Part shown: in pieces, positions 36,653 to 49,079 of the stretch
Layout: each line of letters starts with the position of its first letter
Position numbering within the stretch: the first letter of the stretch is position 1
NCBI RefSeq assembly: GCF_006345805.1
Contig: NC_043004.1
Span: forward strand, 58,900,001-58,964,000
DNA length: 64,000 nt
Origin: Octopus sinensis
Lineage: Eukaryota
Direction: 5' to 3'
Notes under the pieces: model-generated
Database searches by the model: none
The model's input: the letters and a program-made list of their open reading frames with translations, nothing else
Told to the model about the DNA's origin: nothing
Program-made: the position numbers and the translations under genes

Positions 36653-37052
36653 CAGGCGCAGGAGTGGCTGTGTGGTAAGTAGCTTGCTAACCAACCACAT
36701 GGTTCCGGGTTCAGTCCCACCGCGTGGCATCTTGGGCAAGTGTCTTCTGCTATAGCCCCGGGCCGACCAATGCCTTGTGAGTGGATTTGGTAGACGGAAA
36801 CTGAAAGAAGCCTGTCGTATATATGTATATATATATGTGTGTGTGTCTGTGTTTGTCCCCCTAGCATTGCTTGACAACCGATGCTGGTACGCTTACGTCC
36901 CCGTCACTTAGCGGTTCGGCAAAAGAGACCGATAGAATAAGTACTGGGCTTACAAAGAATAAGTCCCGGGGTCGATTTGCTCGACTAAAGGCGGTGCTCC
37001 AGCATGGCCGCAGTCAAATGACTGAAACAGGTAAAAGAGAGTAAAAGAGAGT
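36653..37052 (+). mobile_element. SINE family A
   Basis: Match to the family sequence. Confidence 0.9.
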
Positions 37053-37088
37053 TTGATGATGGAGAAAGAATTGGTAACTATCTTTTTC

Positions 37089-37500
37089 GGATCTTTTCGG
37101 TTTGAACAGCAGTTTTTTAAAAATAATTTCCACGTAACTAAACACTTTTAAACTTCGTATACTGGTAGAATGTGTTTATAAAACATCTTTTTCTCTTGGC
37201 TGTATTGAGAAAATTCTATAGTTTGTAAGATATTAGTTGGTTCTTTTTCTTCAATTTCAACCAATCAATGACGTCTATTGAGGTAAAAAACATTCTGTGC
37301 CATATGAATATTCCCTCGTTTAAGAAACAGATTGGGTTTATTTACATATGTGAAGAAAAAAAAGATACCCTTCCCTCCCACCCCTAACCCTAACCCTAAA
37401 ACAGATTGAAATGCAATAGATCGATACTAGGGTCATAATTATGGGTGACAATTTCATATGACATCGCTAGAAAAAACTGCCGTTCAAACTGAAAAGATCC
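37089..37500. mobile_element. MITE with GG...CC termini and 8-bp TSD (Merlin-like)
   Basis: ~30-bp TIRs ggatcttttcggtttgaacagcagtttttt and TSD TCTTTTTC. The superfamily assignment is an inference. Confidence 0.8.
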
Positions 37501-38014
37501 TCTTTTTCTTTTAAATCATAATTCCTAATCCATAATCCTTTTGTAATTTATTTACAAAGTTGATTGTGTAGAAAAATGGCGGTGAAGTTGTGCGTGTCTG
37601 AACACTGTGTTTCATTCAGTAGTCTGCGGCCATGCAGCAGCCCTACCTTCCAGTGCTTTCAGCCAGTTATATTGATCCCTGTACTTATTTTATTGAACCA
37701 CTACATATGTCGAACCACTATGTTATAGAGATATGAAGGGTACAACATAGACACTTAAACAACATCAGTTTCTTTTGACAGGATTTAAGCACAAACACAC
37801 TCTCAAATGTGTGTGTGTGTGTACTCTTTTCCATTATTGTTGTTCTAATATATATGCTAGCCTACCTCTTGTGGTAGCTGATGCATTCATTTATTCCTTC
37901 GTAGAATTTTTCACCAACGGCCAACCATAGTGGCTGTGTGGTAAGAAGCTTGCTTGCCAATCACCTGATAAAAAACCAAGGCTGTGTAGATATTAGAACA
38001 TTTACAGATAGAAT

Positions 38015-38062
38015 GTCTTACAGTTGTTTCCAGGATATTTATTATATCCCTTCATCAGAGAT
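38015..38062 (-). ncRNA. Minimal type I hammerhead ribozyme-like motif
   Basis: Minus strand TCT-CTGATGA-A-GGGATAT(AATAA)ATATCCT-G-GAAA-CAACTG-TA-AGA. Confidence 0.6.
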
Positions 38063-38119
38063 GGTGTGAGAGGATGGTTAAGTCATAGTTAGTTTAGATG
38101 TGATACAAAATAGAAAGAG

Positions 38120-38156
<37 letters not shown>

Positions 38157-38385
38157 TATTACTGGTGAAGGCCAGTTTATAGGGTTTCTTCAGACCCTAA
38201 AAACTGCTGGTCTATGGCCTCCAGGTTTTAGGGTTTGAAGATACACCATGAAGGTACTCTTTATGTCAAGAAACCCCGGGTAACCCTATGAACCAGCCTT
38301 CACCAGTAATTAATATAGATTGCTCTGCTTCTTAGAGTGTGTTTCTTCTCTGGATCTATGTTTTTCCCCAAAAAAAAAAACACGA

Positions 38386-38405
38386 TATATATATCTATAT
38401 CTATA

Positions 38406-38460
<55 letters not shown>

Positions 38461-38482
38461 ATATATATATATATATATATAT
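38386..38482. repeat. (TATC)n/(TA)n microsatellite
   Basis: Directly visible. Confidence 0.95.
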
Positions 38483-38678
38483 AAGCCATTTTGAGGATAC
38501 AGATATGTCTTAAATGCGATGTCAACACCCAAGCTTCACTGGTTTAATCTTATGTATCTAAGAAAATTTTCAAGAATCCAATATAACTTAATAGTATTGG
38601 TGCTCATTGTTTAAAATAGGCACCAATTAAGAATATTACGAAGTTTAATGATTATTACACTTTGATAAATATGGGTAT

Positions 38679-39074
38679 ACTCTTTTACTCTTTTACTTGT
38701 TTCAGTCATTTGACTGCGGCCATGCTGGAGCACCACCTTTAGTCGAGCAAATCAACCCCAGGACTTATTCTTTGTAAGCCCAGCACTTATTCTATCGGTC
38801 TCTTTTGCCGAACCGCTAAGTGACGGGGACGTAAACACACCAGCATCGGTTGTCAAGCAATGCGAGGGAGACAAACACACACACATACACACACACACAT
38901 ATATATATATATACGACAGGCTTCTTTCAGTTTCCGTCTACCAAATCCACTCACAAGGCATTGGTCAGCCCGGGGCTATAGCAGAAGACGCTTGCCCAAG
39001 ATGCCACGCAGTGGGACTGAACCCGGAACCATGTGGTTGGTTAGCAAGCTACTTACCACACAGCCACTCCTGCG
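38679..39074 (-). mobile_element. SINE family A
   Basis: Match to the family sequence. Confidence 0.9.
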
Positions 39075-39255
39075 GTATATTTCAATATAATATAAAGAGA
39101 AAATGGATATTGTCGAAATTCTCTGTTACCTATAATCTTTCCATACTCAACTCATTCAAATTGAAAATTAAAAATTGCATCTTGAAATATTGAGTTAAAT
39201 ATTTCCTCAGGGTGAGAATTAGACTCCAAAAGAATCCCATCATAATCAATTAGGT

Positions 39256-39640
39256 GTGGAGGCGCAATGGCCCTGTGGTTAGGGCAGCGGACTCGCGGTC
39301 ATAGGATCGCGGTTTCGATTCCCAGACTGGGGGTTGTGAGTGTTTATTGAGCGAAAACACCTAAAGCTCCACAAGGCTCCGGCAGGGGATGGTGGTCATC
39401 CCTGCTGTACTCTTTCACCACAACTTTCTCTCACTCTTACTTCCTGTTTCTGTTGTACCTGTATTTCAAGGGGCCGGCCTTGTCACTCTCTGTGTCACGC
39501 TGAATATCCCCGAGAACTACGTTAAGGGTATACGTGTCTGTGGTGTACTCAGCTACTTACACGTTGATTTCACGAGCAGGCTGTTCTGTTGATCGGATCA
39601 ACCGGAACCCTCGTCGTCGTAACCGATGGAGTGCTTCCAA
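39256..39640 (+). mobile_element. SINE family C head with an alternative tail
   Basis: Same head as 15480-15648; tail shared with 48323-48500. Confidence 0.8.
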
Positions 39641-39892
39641 AAAAATCCAATCAATCAGGTGGTCATCAACAGACTCAACATAACAATGATGTGTGTGCAT
39701 GTGCATGTTGATATTTTTAAAAAAACCGCTATATATCTATGTCTTTTGTTTCTATTTATTTGTGTGTGTGTGTTTTAAAAAAGTATTAACACACACTTGC
39801 AAAAATAAATTTAATACATTCACACAAACAAATAAATAGAAACAAAAGACTGATATATAATGGCTTTTATAAAAATATTAAATATTAAACAT

Positions 39893-40068
39893 AGGCGCAG
39901 GAGTGGCTGTGTGGTAAGTAGCTTGCTTACCAACCACATGGTTCTGGGTTCAGTCCCACTGCGTGGCACCTTGGGCAAATGTCTTCTACTATAACCTCGG
40001 GCCAACCAAAGCCTTGTGAGTGGATTTGGTAGACGGAAACTGAAAGAAGCCCGTTGTATATATGTATG

Positions 40069-40103
<35 letters not shown>

Positions 40104-40317
40104 ACGTTTGTGTGTCTGTGTTTGTCCCCCTAACATCGCTTGACAACCGATGCTGGTGTGTTTACATTCCGTAACTTAGCTGTTCGGCAAAAGAGTCTGA
40201 TAGAATAAGTACTGGGCTTACAAAGAATAAGTCCTGGGGTTGATTTGCTCGACTAAAGGCGGTGTTCCAGCATGGCCGCAGTCAAATGACTGAAACACCT
40301 AAAAGAGTAAAAGAGTA
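39893..40317 (+). mobile_element. SINE family A
   Basis: Match to the family sequence. Confidence 0.9.
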
Positions 40318-40524
40318 TAGTGAAATTTATTGGTAATGTCTATTTGGCTGGAACCTTAGGTTTTTTGCATTCAACAGCTCATTCAGCTGGTTGAATGAGT
40401 CATTAAAAGCTGACCCCAACACACATGTAAATGGAATGAAAGTGAGCTAAGTGATATAACTTAGAGTGGCTAGTATATACATTAGAACAGCAATAATGGA
40501 AAAGGTTATATATTAGCATACTTA

Positions 40525-40842
40525 TCTTTATATATAAAAGTGAAGTTGTGTGCAGTCTGTCTCCTACGATTTAGATTCCTAACTACTCCCACATTTTGCG
40601 GTGCAGTGTAACCAAAAACGGGTATAATTTTTTCCCATTTTTAATGCATTTTTTCGCTATTATATCAGGGAAGTAACTCTCTAAAAACGTATTATTAAAT
40701 CTCAGAACGTAAAAAGCTACAGTAACACCCCCCCCCCTTTGTGGTTAGCCATATTGAGATGGCTATTATACTTTACATCTCTAAGAATGCTTATATAGTT
40801 ATTTCCCTTACAAACCTGAGCAACACTGGGCGGTACTGCTAG
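40525..40842 (+). mobile_element. Non-autonomous Helitron
   Basis: A|TCTTTATATATAAAAG...cctgagcaacactgggcggtactgCTAG|T. Confidence 0.88.
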
Positions 40843-41059
40843 TACATAATAAATTCTTAATTTACTGAGATTACTTTTGCTTCCACAAACGGTAGACTTT
40901 GTGATAGTTAACAACACCAACTCCAAAATCAACATACCATAGACTGGTTGGCTGAAGACAGAAGGACAGTTGTCGGTACATGCCACTAGCTACTCTGAAT
41001 TATCTCATTTACTCATTTTTGTTTCATTTTTGCAAATTACCTAAACCATAAATATATTA

Positions 41060-41460
41060 CTAGCAGTATCACCCGGTGTTGCTCGGGTTTGTAAGGGAAA
41101 TAACTATATAAGCATTTTTAGAGAGTTATAGCCAAAAACTAGCAAAAAAAATGCATTAAAAGTGGGAAAAAATGATGGTAAATTTTTTTTTAAATCGTTG
41201 ACTCATCGTAGACATTTTTAGAGAGTTACTTCCCTTATATAATTGCGAAAAAATGCATTAAAATGGAAAAAATTGATGGTAAATTTTTTTTTAAATCGTA
41301 GACTCATCATAGACGCGCGCTAATACCCAAAAGGGCTCGATATGAATCACGACTATAAGATACCTGCTTTTGGTTACACTGCACCGCAAAATGTGGGAGT
41401 AGTTAGGAATCTAAATCGTAGGAGACAGACACCACACAACCTCACTTTTATATATAAAGA
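41060..41460 (-). mobile_element. Non-autonomous Helitron
   Basis: Same termini on the minus strand; internal ~115-bp duplication. Confidence 0.88.
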
Positions 41461-41486
41461 TTATCATTATTATTTCATATGCCACT

Positions 41487-41883
41487 ATTTGAATTCCGCC
41501 AGGGTCGACTTTGCCTCTCATCTTTACAGGATCAATAAATTAAGTACCAATTGCATACTAGGGCTGATCTAATCGACTGGCCCCGCTCCCCAAAAAATTT
41601 TGGGCCTTGTGCTTAGAGTAGAAAAGATTATTATCATCATTATCATCATCATCATCATCATCATCATTATTATTATTACTATTATTATTATTATTATTAT
41701 TATGTAGGTGGCGAGCCTACATATTTTTATATTCTGAGTTCAAATTCCACTGAGGTCAGTTTTACCTCTCAGCCTCTCAGGATCAAAAAGTTAAGTACCA
41801 GTTATGCACTGGTGTCGGTGGAATTGACTGGTCCCCTCCCCACCAAAAATTTCAGACTTTGTGCCTTTAGTAGAAAGGATTAA

Positions 41884-41943
<60 letters not shown>

Positions 41944-42132
41944 CATTGACAGAATGCTCAATGGTATTTTGCCCATCGCTATGTTCTGAGTTTGAAATCA
42001 GCCGAGGTTGACTTTGTCTTTCATCTTTTTGGGATTGATAGATTAAGCACTGGTGAAACACTGGGGCTGATGTCATTGACTAGTTTCTTCCCAACAAATT
42101 TTAAGCCTTGTTTGTGCCTTTAGTAGAAAAGA
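41487..42132 (+). mobile_element. Three partial SINE family B copies separated by (ATT)n/(ATC)n
   Basis: Repeated Meta-like domain and ccttgtgc.t.tagtagaaaagattatt tail. Confidence 0.75.
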
Positions 42133-42162
42133 TTATTATTATTATTATTATTATTATTATTG

Positions 42163-42490
42163 TGAAGGTGCATTGCTCAGTGGTTAGAGCATCGAGCTTA
42201 CAATCGTGAGGTTGTGAGTTTGATTCCTGGGCTGTGTGTTGTATTCTTGAGCAAGACACTTTATTTCATGTTGCTCCAGTTCACTCAGCTGTAGAAATGA
42301 GTTGCGACGTCACAGGTGCCAAGCTGTATTGGCCCCTTTGCCTTTGGTTAACATCAGTGGTGTGGAGAGGGGAGGTTGATATGCATGGGTGACTGCTGGC
42401 CTTCCATAAACAACCTTGCCCGGACTTGTGTCTCAGAGGGTAACTTTCTAGGTGCAATCCCATGGTCATTCATGACCGAAGCGAGTTTCC
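42163..42490 (+). mobile_element. SINE family D
   Basis: gaaggtgcattgctcagtggttagagc...gagtttgattcc...gagcaagacactttatttc. Confidence 0.8.
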
Positions 42491-42491
42491 T

Positions 42492-42862
42492 ATTATTATT
42501 ATTATTATTCTATGTTTGAATTTTGCTTTACTTTTTGCACAAGCTGGCTCCAAGTCTCACCCACAGACCTCAAGAGACAACAAGCTGGAAGTTCATTTGG
42601 TGTTATGCCTAGGGTGCCATATATTTGGTTTTGTACTTAGTGTTGTACCAGTGAATGTCTAAAAAACCATACGAAATTTATGTTTGTTTTAAAACTTGAG
42701 ATTACATAGAAAGTATTTTGTGTAGGATATGAGCAGTTCCCATGAGCACTATCTTTTGAATTTCAGGCATTTTTTTGGTTCCTGGTATCTGAGTTAGGTA
42801 ACAATCAGCCCCTTTTGCTATCATTCCCAGGGCACCTATGACAACAGGTATTGTTTTAGTCT
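42492..42862 (-). mobile_element. 5'-truncated R4/Dong-like non-LTR retrotransposon
   Basis: 42860-42702 encodes TKTIPVVIGALGMIAKGADCYLTQIPGTKKMPEIQKIVLMGTAHILHKILSM*, an RLE-type C-terminus; (TAA)n tail. Confidence 0.8.
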
Positions 42863-43726
42863 TATTATTGTTGTTGTTGTTATCATTCTGTAGATATGTA
42901 AGTGTATTGTTAATCTATCATTGCTATCATTTTAAGATTATGAAGTATCTGTTACTCAGCATTTTATTCATGCAGTTATCTCCCCTCTGCATCTAGTACT
43001 ATACACACCATAACATTTGCAGGTACCATTTACAAGATTTACTAACCATTCTCCAAATGTCTTCTCTCCTCCAGTATAGAATTCCAGCTCTGTACCTCAC
43101 CATCAAGGCAGTCCACGTATTTGAAATCATTTTATATCTTCTATTCAATTTTGCCTTTTGAAACCAATTTGGATCTTCAAGACCTGTGGTTCCAAAAGTG
43201 ATCAGTACTGCGCCTGGGGGGCAATGGAAAGCTCCAGGGGATGCCGAAGAAGAGTGGGGTGATAATGGGTTGGCGATGGATGTAAAAACAAACAAATAAT
43301 GGGTTAATTGTGTTAAGTTTTATTTGTCAAATACAGATGATTAGAATTTGCAGCAGAAAGTTGTCTAAGTTTGCGGTGGTGAGTGAAGGGTGGGGGCACT
43401 AGGAATGTAGCCCAAGGGGTCAGTAGCCCCAAAACGTTTGGGAACTGTTGTGGACCATAATTTTCCTAGTACCCTTTACATTTAATTTTCTTTCATTTTA
43501 TCTGTATTCAATATATCTGAATATGTATATCCATTGTCCCCTATGGTTTTCATCATTTGCCCGTCTAATACTGCTATCATATGATATGGCACATTTCCTC
43601 TTAATAAATGCACTATTCCATACTTCATTCTGAAATCCATCCCTATACCCTTGCTGAATATACGATCAGTGTTTACTATTGCATCAGTTTAATCTGTGCT
43701 ACTTCCATACATATTAAAAACCATTT

Positions 43727-44218
43727 CATCATCATCATCATCATCGTTTAACGTCCGTTCTCCATGCTAGCATGGGTTGGACGGTTCGACCGGGGATCTG
43801 GGAAGCCAGAAGACTGCACCAGGCTCCAGTCTTATCTGGCAGTGTTTCTACAGCTGGATACCCTTCCTAACGCCAACCACTCCGTGAGTGTAGTGGGTAT
43901 TTTTACGCGCCACCTGCACAGGTACCAGGCGAGGCTGGCAACGGCCACGGTCGGATTGGTGCATTTTACGTGCCACCGGCACGGAAGCCAGACGAGGCGG
44001 CACTGGCATCGGCCACGATTCGGATAGTGCTTTTTACATACCACCAGTCCAGGGGTCCTGGCATCTGCCGGGTGCCAGTCATAGGATTGGTTCAATTTCG
44101 ATTCCGATTTTGATTTTGATTTTGATTTCGATTTCATTTGCCCCAACAGGGGTTGGCATGGGTGCCTGTCGTCGGATGAGGTTCGATTTCGACTTCGCTT
44201 GCCTCAACAGGTCTTTGT
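43727..44218 (-). mobile_element. 5'-truncated RTE 3' UTR copy
   Basis: Nearly identical to the copy at 1522-2035. Confidence 0.85.
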
Positions 44219-44469
44219 GAATAATAACATTTATGAATAATAACAGATGTATAATTCTGGAAAGCTTTTCCCTAAATCATACCCGGTACTCTTGTCTCTT
44301 AAAATCAACACCAAACCATTAAGCCCAAACAACAATGGGGATAAACTGTGTCCTTGGTAGATTCCTCTCATTTTTTTCACCCTCCTCTTCATGACATAAG
44401 TTCACACTTCCAGTTTTTTCATGCCACATCCACTAAAATCTGTGACATTGTTACTCAAAATAACCTCAT

Positions 44470-44888
44470 ACTCTTTTCTCTTTACTCTTTTACTTGTTTC
44501 AGTCATTTGACTGCGGCCATGCTGGAGCACCGCATTTAGTCGAGCAACTCGACCCCAGGACTTATTCTTTTTGTAAGCCCAGTACTTATTCTATCGGTCT
44601 CTTTTTGCCGAACCACTAAGTGACGGGGATGTAAACACATCAGCATAGGTTGTCAAGCAATGCTAGGGGAACAAACACAGACACACAAACACACACACAT
44701 ACATATATATATATACATATATACGACAGGCTTCTTTCAGTTTCTGTCTACCAAATCCACTCACAAGGCATTGATCGGCCCGGGGTTATAGCAGAAGACA
44801 CTGGCCCAAGATGCCACGCAGTGGCACTGAACCTGGAATCATGTGGTTGGTTAGCAAGCTACTTACCACAGAGCCACTCCTGCGCCTC
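44470..44888 (-). mobile_element. SINE family A
   Basis: Match to the family sequence. Confidence 0.9.
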
Positions 44889-45062
44889 TATTTTTTAAAT
44901 TTTTATCCAGAAATGGAATCCAAATTGTATGTTTTGTTGTAATCGGTCCTGGCCATTATCAAAGTTAATTTTTACTTCCTCTGCTTTTCTTACAATAACT
45001 ATTTTGGTTTCTTTGGCAGTTGCTTTTCTGCTTTTAGAAATGATTGCATATTACCTGTAATA

Positions 45063-45628
45063 TTGGGTTGTCTGGAATGTTTGTGCCAATTTTTAAAGGA
45101 AAGAAAAAGGTCCATAAATACTTGCCATTACATTTTTAATCAACCAAATATGAACCATTTTGTTGCACAATGCATCTCCACCTTTCCTTTAACTTGAAAA
45201 TACCCTCTTCCCATAACTGAGGTGGTTTCATGGTAAAGAATTCATCAAGGTATCTTTTTACGTCATCCAAGGAATTGAAACTTTTACCATTCAGACTATT
45301 CTCCAGATACCTGAATAAGTGGAAATCCGAAGGAGCAATATCTGGTGAATATGGAGGGTGGGGTAACACATACTAGCCGTGCTGCAGCAATTTTTGTTTG
45401 GTTCCCAAAGCATCAAGTGCCGAAAATGAACTTTCTTATCTTCCATTTTAAAGGGTTACAGAATTAACACAGGTCATAGGAACACAAACCTTCTTCCACG
45501 AAAAGATAGCTTAAACAGTGCTCTAAATAAAGGTTTAGTCAAATCCTGTTTTATGGACTCAACCATGTTCTGAAATAAGTTGAAAGGTAGGCTACTATAA
45601 ATCGGCACAAACTTTCCGGACAACCCAA
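45063..45628 (-). mobile_element. Internally deleted mariner element
   Basis: TA TSD, TIRs ttgggttgtctggaa / ttccggacaacccaa. N-terminal MEDKKVHFRHLMLWE is fused to the C-terminal HPPYSPDIAPSDFHLF...W..GI..L.ERW. Confidence 0.92.
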
Positions 45629-45714
45629 TAACTTTAATAAACCATTTCCACATAAAGAGAATCCATGATATTAGGTGAAGATTCTCAGCAATATTTCCAT
45701 TTGATAAGTCTTTT

Positions 45715-46116
45715 AACTCTCTTTACTCTCTTTTACTTGTTTCAGTCATTTGACTGCGGCCATGCTGGAGCACTGCCTTTAGTTGAGCAAATCGACCCGG
45801 GACTTATTCTTTGTAAGCCCAGTACTTATTCTATCGGTCTCTTTTGCCGAACCGCTAAGTGACAGGGACGTAAACACACCAGCATCGGTTGTCAAGCAAT
45901 GCTAGGGGGACAAACACAGACACACAAACACACACACATACATATATATACATATATACGACAGGCTTCTTTCAGTTTCCGTCTACCAAATCCACTCACA
46001 AGGCATTAGTCGGCCCGGGGCTATAGCAGAAGACACTTGCCCAAGATGCCACGCAGTGGGACTGAACCCGGAACCCTGTGGTTGGTTAGCAAGCTACTTA
46101 CCACACAGCCACTCCT
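45715..46116 (-). mobile_element. SINE family A
   Basis: Match to the family sequence. Confidence 0.9.
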
Positions 46117-46602
46117 GAAATATTTCTTATCACATTGTCTTATATGCTAGCAACCTCTCTTCACTGCCTCTCATTTTATTCAGCTCCAAGGATATTCTCT
46201 CTTATATACAATAGTTTCTCAAACTAATATTCTTGGTTGCAATCAAGGGTTAGAGTTTTCCCAATTGGGAAATTTTTCTATACAGCTTATTTGGCATTAC
46301 CCTTGTAGCAGTCCTATTATTAATGTTTTCTACTCAATATCCTTTCATTCTGCTAATTTTTGTTTGATCTCTCTCCTCTTCATTAAGATCTGAGTGCCTA
46401 CCACCCTGATAGCTTTGTAAACTAACAATTACCCATATGTAAATTATCTCAGTAAAAACAGAGCATCTCCAGTCGCAGTGAAAACAGCCTCTTTATGCGC
46501 CTTCGTTTTGAGTTTTACTTTTAAGAATCATCTCTGCGAGGATATAACCTTTACAGCCACACCAAATATATATATATGTATATATATATATGTATGTGTG
46601 TG

Positions 46603-46634
<32 letters not shown>

Positions 46635-46640
46635 TATATA

Positions 46641-46822
46641 GGTGGCACGTAAAAAGCACCCACTACACTCACGGAGTGGTTGGCGTTAGGAAGGGCATCC
46701 AGCTGTAGAAACATTGCCAGATTAGACTGGAGCCTGGTGCAGCCTTCTGGCTTCCCAGAACCCCGGTCAAACCGTTCAACCCATGCTAGCATGGAGAACG
46801 GACGTTAAACGACGATGATGAT
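46641..46822 (+). mobile_element. Short RTE 3' end inserted in (TA)n
   Basis: ggtggcacgtaaaaagcaccc...ggacgttaaacgacgatgatga. Confidence 0.85.
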
Positions 46823-47189
46823 ATATAGGTATTTTTGTATTTTTATTCATGTAACATCGTCCGGTTTTCCGTCCTTGTTTTGTATACATTCGAGGCTTTC
46901 TTCCAAGGAATCTAATGCGCTTGGCTTAGATTTTCCTTGGGGCTGGCCAGATCGGAGCAATCTCAAGATTAATCAGCTGAAATTGCGAAGATGATCCGGT
47001 TCTTGACTGAAGATTGAAGGCTTCGAATGTCCCGTCCGTGTTTTTTGTATCGTCTTCTAAATGTTTCCCGTTCTTGTCCCAGTTTGTATTTTTCTACATA
47101 AAATAATAATAATAATATATATATATATATTGATTGATTGATTGATTCTAGTTTCAGCTTATGAGCTGTGGCCATGCTGGGGCACCGCC

Positions 47190-47247
<58 letters not shown>

Positions 47248-47914
47248 CATATATATACACATACATATTCTTTCTCCCGTTAGCTACTTCGCTAAAGATA
47301 GCTACCCATACTGATGTACGTTCTTAGATTGGTTACCTTATCAGAAGTGACCGTCTCTTCTCTAGGATTCTCTTCTCATAGACAACAGCTGAGGGTTCAG
47401 CAATATCTTACTGAACTCTCTGCACAGGTGATTTGTTTATAGCGATCAAATGCGTATATTGTACCTTAGCTCACCTTCTCCATCCAATTGACATTACCTG
47501 TATAGGTACATGGCGTGCCACACGTCAGGTGTTGAAACGATCTTAGAACAATATGATATTAAAAGTTTTTGTCAAAAATACAATGCACCACCCTATCTAG
47601 GAATTGAAACCATGATTTTGCAATCGTGAGTGCAACATCTTAACCACTAGGACCATGTGCCCACACTCTCCACACTGATACATGTTCATTAGTTGCTTCA
47701 CCAGAAATCGCTGTTCACACTGGTGTATATTCTTCAGTTACCAAGCAAGAGATGACTACCCACATTGATATTTATTCTTTAGTTGCTCCACCAGAGACAG
47801 CTGCTCAACTGCCAAATGTATTAATATATGCTTTTCTACTGTCAGTTCCAAGGAGTCTCTTCTCCAGGAACCTAACCCATTAGTATTCATGTTTCTTCAT
47901 CAAATGTACATATT

Positions 47915-48321
47915 GGCGCAGGAGTGGCTGTGTGGTAAGTAGCTTGCTAACCAACCACATGGTTCCGGGTTCAGTCCCACTGCGTGGCATCTTGGGCAAG
48001 TGTCTTCTGCTATAGCCCCGGGCCGACCAATGCCTTGTGAGTGGATTTGGTAGATGGAAACTGAAAGAAGCCTGTCGTATATATGTATATATATATAAGT
48101 GCGTGTGTATATGTTTGTGTGCCTGTGTTTGTCCCCCTAGCATTGCTTGACAACCGATGCTGGTGTGTTTACGTCTCCGTCACTTAGCGGTTCAAAAGAG
48201 ACCGATAGAATAAGTACTGGGCTTACAAAGAATAAGTCCCGGGGTCGATTTGCTCGACTAAAGGCGGTGCTCCAGCATGGCCGCAGTCAAATGACTGAAA
48301 CAAGTAAAAGAGTAAAAGAGT
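47915..48321 (+). mobile_element. SINE family A
   Basis: Match to the family sequence. Confidence 0.9.
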
Positions 48322-48322
48322 A

Positions 48323-48645
48323 TTGCACTCTGTTGGTTATGATGGTGAGGGTTCCAGTTGATCCGATCAATGGAACAACCTGCTCATGAAATTAACGTGT
48401 GTGGCTGAGCACTCCACAGATGCGTGTACCCTTCATATAGTTCTCGGGGAGATTCAGCGTGAAAAAGAGTGTGACAAGGCTGGCCCTTTTGAAATACAAG
48501 TACTATTCATTTTTGCCAGCTGAATGGACTGGGGCAACATGAAATAAAGTATCTTGCTCAAGGACACAACACATCACTAGGAATTGAACTCATGACCTTA
48601 TGATCATGAGCCAAATGCCCCAGCCACTAACCCATGCACCTTCAC
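48323..48645 (-). mobile_element. SINE with a family D-like head and the 39470-39640 tail
   Basis: Head resembles 42163-42300; tail is the reverse complement of 39460-39635. Confidence 0.75.
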
Positions 48646-48823
48646 ATTGTCAGACATATTGCTTAATTATTCCCATTGTTTTGAATTAATCATGCATTAT
48701 CTTGTAGCTTCAAGATTTCAATTATGTGCTTGTATGTTTTCAGAATGACATTGCAGGTTAGGTGTGAGAGGTTAGATCTGATCATTTTTAACATAAAACA
48801 ACCAGAATATATAGGCTGGATAT

Positions 48824-49044
48824 ACTCTTTTACTCTTTTACTTGTTTCAGCCATTTGACTGCGGCCATGCTGGAGCACCGCCTTTAGCCGAGGAAATCGA
48901 CCACCAGGACTTATTCCTTGTAAGCCTACTACTTATTCTATCGGTCTCTTTTGCCGAACCGCTAAGTTACGGGGATGTAAACACACCAACATCGGTTGTC
49001 AAGCGATGTTGGGGGCACAAGCACAGACACACAAACACACACAC

Positions 49045-49079
<35 letters not shown>

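Noticed and set aside
37573-37582. AAAATGGCGG (YY1-like motif or start context)
   Set aside because: Isolated motif next to degraded SINE sequence, with no downstream exon structure seen.
43184-43450. Old hAT-type MITE (also 24086-24232)
   Set aside because: TIRs are too degenerate and no TSD could be confirmed.
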